Below, piece after piece: positions 1 through 6,959 of a DNA stretch of 29,707 bases; within the stretch, counting starts at the first letter, position 1; each line of letters starts with the position of its first letter. The stretch is taken from positions 1 through 29,707 of IMG/VR virus record IMGVR_UViG_3300031519_000149; one strand, given 5' to 3'. Source of the stretch: a virus. Its lineage: Duplodnaviria; Caudoviricetes. A program made the position numbers and the translations under genes. Under the pieces are notes generated by a model. That model was not told where the DNA came from. It worked only from the letters and a program-made list of their open reading frames with translations, and made no database searches.

Positions 1-484
1 CCATGTCAACCCAGTAGAGTTTAAAGTTCTCTGGATCTCTTACAAAGATTTGATCTCCGTATTTCACTACGTTTCTAAACATTTTAAACATACGAGTATC
101 AAACTCGTTAAGTTTACACCATTGTTGTAACTGTTTAGTTAATAGTTCTGTTTCATGCGGAGTTGGTTCATCTTTAAATGATAAAGAGAAAGGTGTTTTA
201 TTGTGATCGTTGCGTTGAGTACTAAACTCTGCTATAATGTCTAAACATGCGTTAATCTCAGCATCGACATCCATCATCTCGTATTGATTGTATCGTTCTA
301 TTCTGTTTGGATGTCCTGTGTAAACTTCAGGGAGTCTACTCATATAGTTTTTATAACCGAAATCAGTGTTTGAATAGCCGGCGTCTGATGCGCCGCCTCC
401 GTTCCAACTGCCAGAGTTGCTATTGCCACCAGATATAGGGCTTGACACTCCGCTTCGATTTAAAAATTTCTTGGTATATGACAT
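1..484 (-). CDS. gp20: Portal protein, T4 gp20-like (5' part; runs off the left window edge)
   Basis: Not in the ORF track because there is no stop in the window. Manual translation from the ATG at 484: MSYTKKFLNRSGVSSPISGG...RLPEVYTGHPNRIERYNQYEMMDVDAEINACLDIIAEFSTQ...FDTRMFKMFRNVVKYGDQIF. The Y..M....EI..ALD.I..E and F..FR....G motifs are typical of T4-type portal N-termini. A late promoter lies upstream. Confidence 0.85.
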   Translation of the reverse strand, partial: MSYTKKFLNRSGVSSPISGGNSNSGSWNGGGASDAGYSNTDFGYKNYMSRLPEVYTGHPNRIERYNQYEMMDVDAEINACLDIIAEFSTQRNDHNKTPFSLSFKDEPTPHETELLTKQLQQWCKLNEFDTRMFKMFRNVVKYGDQIFVRDPENFKLYWVDM

Positions 485-510
485 ATGATTTAGGTTTCTC
501 TTATACTAAG

Positions 511-518
511 TATTTAGT
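511..518 (-). promoter_or_regulatory. Putative late promoter ACTAAATA for the portal gene
   Basis: ACTAAATA on the minus strand, 26 nt upstream of the portal ATG and overlapping the upstream stop codon. It resembles the T4 late consensus TATAAATA, and a gp55 homolog is in the window. Confidence 0.65.
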
Positions 519-3500
519 TAAACTGAAGAGTATTGAACTATTTTTTCAGTTAATGAGTTCTGTTCTTCCATTCGACTATCTAATCTTCCTAGCATCATTC
601 CAAGGTCTGCCAAGAGTTTTAAGTTCTCGTCTGATTTAGCATCAGGTTTGTCCAAATCACCTGCTAGTTGAGGAGATCCTTGAGAAGTCTCTTCTGGTTT
701 TGGCACTTCTTTAGGAGCAATATCGACTGTTGGAGATGACATATCATCTAAATCAAAATCCCATGCGCCTGATGTATCGAGCGCCGCCGGGCTCGTTAAT
801 TCTTCTAGTTGTGCCATCTGGTCAGACGAAGACTCTCCAGGTGCTGGAGATTTCAGACCTGCGGCTTCAAAAGCCTTATTCATTATTTCTCTAGTTTCGT
901 TAACTGTATCTTGGGTCAACATCACCTCGCCTTTGATGTCATCGTTTGCTTTGTCGCCACCTTGCATTTTGTCGATGGTGTTCATCAGAGATTTTATATA
1001 GTCTAAGTCTAACGCAGTCTCTTTCCTTGAAGTAACATCTGCTGGTCCTTCAACTAACTCTGGGCCTAATTCTCCTACTAAGCCAATTTCACCTGTGGCT
1101 AATGTTCCGCCTGAATCAAGTGTTTTGACCTCTGTTGTATCACTATCAGACTCTTTTGGGTTGACAACGCCGTCGTTGGCTACAACGATAGTATCGTTGA
1201 GAGCTTTTACGGCTTTTACTAACTCTTCGTTTGCAGATACAACTCCATTCTCACTCTCCACCATTTCACTAAGCATTTTAGTTAGATGGTCTTCGTCTTC
1301 ATTGCTAAGGTCGTTATCTTGTAACATTGCTCGAAGGTGATCTTGTGTTAATGTTCCTTCATCTTTCATTACACCAACAGCGTTGATATCAACTTCACTG
1401 TTTCCTATTATATCTTTATCATAGATTCCTTGTTGTATTAAGTAATCTAAACTTTCATCGTTAAGTTTTTCCTGTGCGTCAGATTCTGTGTTTTTAGAGC
1501 CTCCAACCTGTTCACCAACTGATCCTAGCGCCATTGCGCCTAGGCCGGCTCCAATTATTCCGCCTATGGCAGTTCCTACAAAAGGAATAATTGAACCTAA
1601 TGCCGCCCCTGCTAGAGCACCGGTTACTGCTCCGGTAGCACCGCCGACGGCTCTGCCTGTACCTTCCCCTTTACTGACCTTATTCCTCCTATCTTGTTCT
1701 TTTTCATCTATAAGCCCAGCCTCCAAAGAGGTTTGTGTTCGCTCTTTTTCATCGCGGTGATGAGCATACCCTTCATACGCTGAACCTGCAACTGCGAGGG
1801 CTCCAGAACCTTTGACGATTTTAGATGAGTATTGAGCAAGTGGACCTGCCACAGTCGGCATGAATTTAGCTACTTTGGGGGCAAAATTTGCTTTGCTGAG
1901 GGTGGTGAGTTTTGTTACTTGAGTTCCTAGCCCTTTAAGCAGGCCTCCACCACCAAGCAATGCTAAGTTTTTGGCAGCCATTAAGGCGGCTGCCCCCATA
2001 ACGCCTAAGGATACTCCGATGCCACCGATAGCGATTGGACCCAAACTATCTAGCAGACCATCAGCGGTTGTACTGACTGCTCTGACAAGGTTTTGAAGCA
2101 TGCCTGCGGCATCACCGGCTCCATCTGCTTCTTCCTCCATAGTGTCGGTCACATCCTTAAACGATTCTTCAAGGAGAGCGGCGGCACCTTTTATATCTCC
2201 TTCTGACAGCATTCTTTGGAAAACTCCCATACTTTCTGTAGTAAGACCCATGCCTTCACCAAACTGTTCAGCATTTTCTCCCATAAATTTAAGAGAGTCA
2301 GTATACTTTTCTAAGTTTTCGCCTTGGGCTTCAGCAATCTCTTGGAGTATACCAAACGTTGCACTAAGAGCGTCTTTTGGGTCGGTGTTTTTAAATATTG
2401 CTTGTAGATCGCCAGCACTGATTCCCAATTGAAGCAATTTTGTGGTGGTTTCATCATACGCACCTGTTATCATGGCTGTATTCACCATTGTGCCCATTTC
2501 AGCACCCATTGTTGCGGCAATAGTCTTAGTTATTAATGTCCTTGAGGTCAACTCATTTTTTAGTTTTGTAGCTTCGGCTCTTTTTGCCTCGGCTTGCATT
2601 TCTAAGTTATGCTTCTCTTGGCTTGTTAGGGTGGCTACTTGTGATTGTGCTGTAAGTGCTTTAGCTTCTCTTTCAAGGACACCAATCTTACGTTGCTCAT
2701 TCCTATCGAACATCACATTTCTGTATTCAGCTTGTTGCTGTTCCATATCTTTCATCTGTGCTTCTGCTGATTTACCTGTCAGTTCAGAAATGGCTGTTAA
2801 AGTCTTAAGATAGTTTAATGATTCTTTTTGTAATGTTCCTTCAGTTTTGCCTCGAGCCGCTACGTTAATACCGCCTATTCTTTGTAATTCCATGTATTGC
2901 GTTTGAACTTCGTTAACTTCTGCCATTGTATAGCCAAGTCTACGGAAGCTAGCCAGTTGCTTATCTGATAAGTCAATATATCTGAGGAACTTTTCAGTAC
3001 CATCAGACATGCCTTTACCAAAGTTTGCTATAGCTGGTCCTTGCCCAGCTATTATTCCGCTAAGTTCAGCTAATTTTCCAGAAGTATATCCTGCTTCTCT
3101 AGCAAGATCAGTCATCGAGTCTGATGTGTTAGTTGTAGAGTCGCCTAAATCAATAGTCATCGACCCCATTTTACGCATCTGATCACTAAAATCAAGTTGT
3201 TCTTGGAATTGTGTTATATAAGCGCCAGTTACTGCCCCGAATGCTTTGATTGCTCCGCTTACTGCTTCTCCTAAAAGACCAAAGTTAGAAGCAAGACTTG
3301 CCGCGGCATCAGTCGCACTTTGAATCGTAGAAGTGTAATCTGTAAAACGAGGTGTAGTACTATTAACTGCTTGGCCTAGACTTGTAAAAGCCATTTGGGC
3401 TTCATTCCATGCGGCTTGTTCGTTTGCTAGTCGTTTTTTCTTGTCTCGTTCAGCTTTTGCTTCTGAACTTTCTATATCATCAAGTATATTACCAGCTTTT

Positions 3501-3652
3501 TTTGCTGATCTACTAAGTTCATCAAATGAATTACTAGTATTTTGTTGACTTTTTGCGACAGATGTGGCTAAATCCTTAAGAGCATCAGTTAACGGAGGTA
3601 AGGCCGCTATCAGGCTGTTTATCTGTTCTTCGTTATATTCTTGGTCTGCCAT
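518..3652 (-). CDS. Tape measure-like protein (1044 aa)
   Basis: Long Ala/Gly/Glu-rich helical protein with a hydrophobic segment (IAIGGIGVSLGVMGAAALMAA), a glycine zipper (GGATGAVTGALAGAALGSIIPFVGTAIGGIIGAGLG) and the tape-measure-associated motif GG..G..GLVGELGPEL. It is divergent from a gp26-like gene. Confidence 0.65.
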   Translation of the reverse strand: MADQEYNEEQINSLIAALPPLTDALKDLATSVAKSQQNTSNSFDELSRSAKKAGNILDDIESSEAKAERDKKKRLANEQAAWNEAQMAFTSLGQAVNSTTPRFTDYTSTIQSATDAAASLASNFGLLGEAVSGAIKAFGAVTGAYITQFQEQLDFSDQMRKMGSMTIDLGDSTTNTSDSMTDLAREAGYTSGKLAELSGIIAGQGPAIANFGKGMSDGTEKFLRYIDLSDKQLASFRRLGYTMAEVNEVQTQYMELQRIGGINVAARGKTEGTLQKESLNYLKTLTAISELTGKSAEAQMKDMEQQQAEYRNVMFDRNEQRKIGVLEREAKALTAQSQVATLTSQEKHNLEMQAEAKRAEATKLKNELTSRTLITKTIAATMGAEMGTMVNTAMITGAYDETTTKLLQLGISAGDLQAIFKNTDPKDALSATFGILQEIAEAQGENLEKYTDSLKFMGENAEQFGEGMGLTTESMGVFQRMLSEGDIKGAAALLEESFKDVTDTMEEEADGAGDAAGMLQNLVRAVSTTADGLLDSLGPIAIGGIGVSLGVMGAAALMAAKNLALLGGGGLLKGLGTQVTKLTTLSKANFAPKVAKFMPTVAGPLAQYSSKIVKGSGALAVAGSAYEGYAHHRDEKERTQTSLEAGLIDEKEQDRRNKVSKGEGTGRAVGGATGAVTGALAGAALGSIIPFVGTAIGGIIGAGLGAMALGSVGEQVGGSKNTESDAQEKLNDESLDYLIQQGIYDKDIIGNSEVDINAVGVMKDEGTLTQDHLRAMLQDNDLSNEDEDHLTKMLSEMVESENGVVSANEELVKAVKALNDTIVVANDGVVNPKESDSDTTEVKTLDSGGTLATGEIGLVGELGPELVEGPADVTSRKETALDLDYIKSLMNTIDKMQGGDKANDDIKGEVMLTQDTVNETREIMNKAFEAAGLKSPAPGESSSDQMAQLEELTSPAALDTSGAWDFDLDDMSSPTVDIAPKEVPKPEETSQGSPQLAGDLDKPDAKSDENLKLLADLGMMLGRLDSRMEEQNSLTEKIVQYSSV

Positions 3653-3692
3653 ACATAATGTCCTAAGTTTTTATATACGCACTTATTCGGTA

Positions 3693-3722
3693 ACTAAATA
3701 TATATGCGTAATACTATTTAGT
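3693..3722. promoter_or_regulatory. Face-to-face pair of late promoters (ACTAAATA on + at 3693-3700; ACTAAATA on - at 3715-3722)
   Basis: Perfect inverted octamers 14 bp apart in the divergent gap between the tape measure-like and gp26-like genes. Confidence 0.65.
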
Positions 3723-3758
3723 GTTCGTAAAACGCCCAAAAACATATGAGGAAAAGGC

Positions 3759-4604
3759 ATGACAACAAATCAAAATAATCCACTGCGACAATACTTTCGT
3801 AGACCATCTGTGTTCATTTCACTGCCATCTGATGGCAAAGGATACGCACCTGAAGATATCGAATTCGAAGATGAGAACAATAGAGAACTACCAGTTTATC
3901 CAATGACTGCTATTGATGAAATTACCACGAAAACTCCAGACGCACTGTTTAATGGTTCGGCAACTGTAGAAATTATTAAGAGTTGTATTCCTGCTATAAA
4001 GAATCCATGGAAAGTTTTAAGTTGTGATATAGATGCTATATTAATCGGTATTAAAGCCGCTGGCGGGGAAGATTCGTTGACAGTAGAGTCAAAATGTCCT
4101 AAAGAAGATTGCGACACAACAGAAGATTATGCTATCAATTTACAAAATCTATTACGATCTATTAAATCTGGAGATTATGAAACGCCTTATAAAGTAGGAG
4201 AGTTAGAGGTTTATTTTAAACCCATTGATTACAAAGTAATGAACGAGATTAGTTTGGAGCAATTCAACATTCAAGCAAAATACAGCAGACTTGCTGAAAT
4301 GGAAAATAACGCAGAACGCATTAAAGCAAACCAAGAGGCATTAAGAGACATTACTGAAATAACTATGGATGTGCTAACTGCGGCGATTGACAAGATTGGT
4401 TCCCCAGACGGTGATGTAGAAGAAAAAGAACATATAGTTGATTTCTTAAAAAATTGTGACACAAAAACATATGAAGGAATTAGAGACTATAACGCAGACC
4501 TTAGAGCAGTAAGCACAATTAGATCACTAGATATGAAATGTGCTACATGTGAACATGAATACAAACAGCAATTCACACTGAACGCAACTGATTTTTTCGC
4601 CTAA
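3759..4604 (+). CDS. gp26: Baseplate hub / tail assembly protein, T4 gp26-like (281 aa)
   Basis: N-terminal NPLRQYFRRP..I.LPS.G, PMTAIDEI, DIDAILI.IK, two Cys pairs (CPKEDC, CATC) and a C-terminal DFF are characteristic of gp26-family proteins. SD GAGGA is upstream. Confidence 0.75.
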   Translation: MTTNQNNPLRQYFRRPSVFISLPSDGKGYAPEDIEFEDENNRELPVYPMTAIDEITTKTPDALFNGSATVEIIKSCIPAIKNPWKVLSCDIDAILIGIKAAGGEDSLTVESKCPKEDCDTTEDYAINLQNLLRSIKSGDYETPYKVGELEVYFKPIDYKVMNEISLEQFNIQAKYSRLAEMENNAERIKANQEALRDITEITMDVLTAAIDKIGSPDGDVEEKEHIVDFLKNCDTKTYEGIRDYNADLRAVSTIRSLDMKCATCEHEYKQQFTLNATDFFA

Positions 4605-4828
4605 GGCTTTTATCACTGGACCCTGACGGGGTAAGAGACCTAATAGAATCGTATAAAAAATATACACAGGGAATTAAAGAACAAGCACTTACATTCTCTT
4701 GGTACATGAGAGGTGGAGCCACCTATGAAGATGTACTTAACATGTCTTCACAAGAAAGAATGAGTATAAAAAACTTAATAGAAAAGAATTTGGAAACTAC
4801 AAAAGAAACTCAATTACCATTTTTCTAA
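4592..4828 (+). CDS. gp51-like baseplate assembly domain, probably expressed by a -1 frameshift from the gp26-like gene (or as a 40-aa ORF from the ATG at 4706)
   Basis: Open -1 frame FFRLRLLSLDPDGVRDLIESYKK...LTFSWYMRGGATYEDVLNMSSQERMSIKNLIEKNLETTKETQLPFF*. The W.M.G..Y.D..NM...ER motif resembles gp51. The frame is bounded upstream by a TGA at 4589-4591 and has no ATG/GTG/TTG in its first 38 codons. Confidence 0.6.
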   Translation, partial: FFRLRLLSLDPDGVRDLIESYKKYTQGIKEQALTFSWYMRGGATYEDVLNMSSQERMSIKNLIEKNLETTKETQLPFF

Positions 4829-4868
4829 ACAACACTATTAATCAATATTATTATATTGGTATCTTTAA

Positions 4869-4975
4869 AAGTTCTCTACGAGAACTTAATTACTCATTCA
4901 CTTCGTTCATTCGTAATTTTATTTCTAATAAGATTATAAAAGGATTAATTAATTCTTAATTAATTATATAAGTGC
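4869..4975. other. AT-rich block with hairpins/palindromes (possible origin or terminator region)
   Basis: AAGTTCTC-TAC-GAGAACTT (4869-4887); AATTAC/GTAATT (4888-4918) enclosing TCATTCACTTCGTTCATTC; ATTAATTAA-TTC-TTAATTAAT (4944-4964). Only 8 of 60 bases are G+C in 4921-4980. Confidence 0.4.
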
Positions 4976-4986
4976 TTATTACTTTT

Positions 4987-5335
4987 TGAGAGCCATGGTA
5001 GTGCCGGACAAGCACTACCAATGGTTCCAGGTTCTCATTGCTCCCGTCGATCCATGTTGATTATCCCCGACCTACTACGTTACTATAGTTGATCGCTACC
5101 GGTTGCCCTGTAAAGTTTGCTGGGTTGTAGTTGAGCCTATTACATTAATAAACATAATATCTCGGCAACGCATGTTCTATATCATCAAATCAAATAGATA
5201 TAGACTCATTGAGGGTTCGCTATCCATGACGATTGCCCTCTCGGTATTGTTGTGTATAACACACTACTCCAAATCTGTAGCCCATCACTACAATGGGTTC
5301 CTCGAGGAGAGCCGAGCGTAAGTCACGGCTATGCT
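4987..5335. ncRNA. Candidate structured non-coding RNA (~350 nt), family unknown
   Basis: No credible ORF. About 44% GC by hand count (160/360 in 4981-5340) next to a very AT-rich flank, with at least nine inverted-repeat helices (listed in findings). Orientation is unresolved. Confidence 0.5.
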
Positions 5336-5356
5336 TATGTAAGTTCTTTTTTCTAA

Positions 5357-5926
5357 TTACTTAGAAAGAAGTGTTTCTTGTATTGACTTGGTGTCTGTTA
5401 GTTTTGAGTTGGTCTCTGAAGTGCCTGAATATGCTTTGAATATATCTTTGTTAAACTTAAAGAAATGATCATGCTCTATGATAATCCAATCAGCATGTTT
5501 TGCTGATGTATAGTACATAAATTGATCACTCACCCAAGTGTATTTGCTCGGCAAGCAAATGAATTTTCCTTTACGATTAAACTTCATAAACAGAACATTC
5601 AGATCATCTTCATCTGCTACGTCCATTAATTGATCTAACCATGAATCAAGTTGCTTACATGAACCTGCAAGGACTTGATGAAAAGGAAAGTCTGCGTAAA
5701 ACTTACATTCTACATTAAGTTTAACAAAACTTTCTCCAGGAACAATATCCCCTTTAAAACTTCTGATCTGTCCTTCATGTAAAATTTGTGTACGAGATTG
5801 ATTTTTACCACCTACGTAAGCGCCTGATCCAGGTGCTCGAATAAAACTTTCTTTATAAAGATCGCTTAGATAATTTGCGATTTCTCGCTCGTATCCTGAC
5901 CCTTTGTTTTTAGACATTGATGGCAT
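5357..5926 (-). CDS. PD-(D/E)XK nuclease, Hjc-type Holliday junction resolvase-like (T5 D14-like); likely start at MPSMSKNKG
   Basis: SKNKGSGYEREIA, R.PGSGA, GDIV and VECK match the Hjc/D14 pattern. The ORF track start at 5986 overlaps the upstream gene, whereas the ATG at 5926 follows a promoter-like GATAACTA. Confidence 0.75.
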   Translation of the reverse strand: MPSMSKNKGSGYEREIANYLSDLYKESFIRAPGSGAYVGGKNQSRTQILHEGQIRSFKGDIVPGESFVKLNVECKFYADFPFHQVLAGSCKQLDSWLDQLMDVADEDDLNVLFMKFNRKGKFICLPSKYTWVSDQFMYYTSAKHADWIIIEHDHFFKFNKDIFKAYSGTSETNSKLTDTKSIQETLLSK

Positions 5927-5931
5927 ATTAG

Positions 5932-5939
5932 TAGTTATC
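5932..5939 (-). promoter_or_regulatory. Possible late promoter variant GATAACTA, 5 nt before the ATG (leaderless)
   Basis: One mismatch to the GATAAATA seen elsewhere in the window; same 5-nt spacing to the ATG as at gp25. Confidence 0.45.
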
Positions 5940-5942
5940 TCT

Positions 5943-6959
5943 TTACCACTCAGTGGCATAATTTTTATCGACCCTATTGTGGGCACATTTGTTCTGGCAC
6001 TCGTAAGAGCCGTGTATAAACTCAGACACCCAAAAAGAATCTCTTACTACTTTGGGTAATTGTTTCTCGTGTAGATTATATTTCTTACCTACATCACGCC
6101 ATTTGTCATTGTGGCCGTATCTTGTCGCTACCCAACAGCAAGGATAAAATTCTCCTCTAGCATTGATGTAACTACCTTTGTTGCCTATGTGACAGAGCGG
6201 TCTTTCATTGCCTACTAGATTAGACTCTTCAAACAATCTAATGTTTGTTCTCATCCAAGGTTCTAATATCTCTTTATCTGTTAACTTAAACACTTCTCTT
6301 TCAAATCTATGACTAGATGATAACAGTTTATCACTTGGTTGTAAAGCATCGTCTTTCCCATAAGAGTCTTCGTATATCTTTCCAAACTTAGTACTCTTGG
6401 TTAATTGAAACGCATCAAAACCTAACTCTTTTGCATAGGCTTTCATATCTTCTATCTTATCTTCGTTAAACTTAAATCCTATAGCGTCCCATACTGTGTA
6501 GCATTTAGACTTGTCGTTGATTGTAGTGACGCCTGTGATGATACTAGACCAATTAGAGTTAATTCTATACTCATTGTTGCTTTTGTGATCCCATCCATCA
6601 ATACTAAAGTGTATTTGATCTTGTTCATCTAGCAGTTCTGCCAGTCTTGTCCACCAAACTTCGTTTTTGTATGATCCATTAGTAACAATAACGATTGCTA
6701 TCTCTGGCTTGATCGATTTAAAGTATTCAATGACTTCAATAAAATCATGGGCATAGATAGGATCGCCATCATCACCACAAAATGTTAATTTCTCTATGTT
6801 CTTTTTAACAAATGCTTTTGGAAAGTTAGACTTAAAGAAGTCTAACTTAAGTTCAGTACTGACTAAAGTGTCAGGAACTTCTTGTCTAGGACAACGAGGG
6901 CACTTAAGAGTACACTTACTGCTGATCTCAATGTGCCAGTGCCAAAGTGCTAGGCTCAC
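5943..6959 (-). CDS. Radical SAM protein with C-terminal SPASM/twitch-like domain (338 aa)
   Basis: CxxxCxxC motif CTLKCPRC, GDDGDP (GGEP-equivalent), VTNGS and FSIDG; C-terminal PLC...YINARGEFYPCC...CQNKC. The GTG start overlaps the gp46 TGA (GTGA). Confidence 0.9.
   Translation of the reverse strand: MSLALWHWHIEISSKCTLKCPRCPRQEVPDTLVSTELKLDFFKSNFPKAFVKKNIEKLTFCGDDGDPIYAHDFIEVIEYFKSIKPEIAIVIVTNGSYKNEVWWTRLAELLDEQDQIHFSIDGWDHKSNNEYRINSNWSSIITGVTTINDKSKCYTVWDAIGFKFNEDKIEDMKAYAKELGFDAFQLTKSTKFGKIYEDSYGKDDALQPSDKLLSSSHRFEREVFKLTDKEILEPWMRTNIRLFEESNLVGNERPLCHIGNKGSYINARGEFYPCCWVATRYGHNDKWRDVGKKYNLHEKQLPKVVRDSFWVSEFIHGSYECQNKCAHNRVDKNYATEW

Noticed and set aside
442-3749. Plus-strand ORFs (442, 809, 1095, 1488, 2100, 2442, 3564)
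   Set aside because: They are antisense shadows of the tape measure-like gene, with no motifs or RBS support.
5170-5210. GATGATATAG (minus) / AGATATAGAC (plus), resembling the group I intron S element
   Set aside because: No matching P7 partner or P-Q-R-S order, the sequence lies within a local hairpin, and no interrupted gene flanks it.
5103-5321. 72-aa TTG-start ORF in the non-coding gap
   Set aside because: No SD, atypical composition, and it overlaps the dense hairpin array; better explained as non-coding.
5306-5330. GAGCCG...CGGCT hairpin resembling group II intron domain V
   Set aside because: Only ~21 nt (domain V is ~32-34 nt), and there is no domain VI, intron boundary or reverse transcriptase.
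5927-5986. ORF-track N-terminal extension of the Hjc-like gene
   Set aside because: It overlaps the radical SAM gene; the family motif and promoter spacing favour the ATG at 5926.
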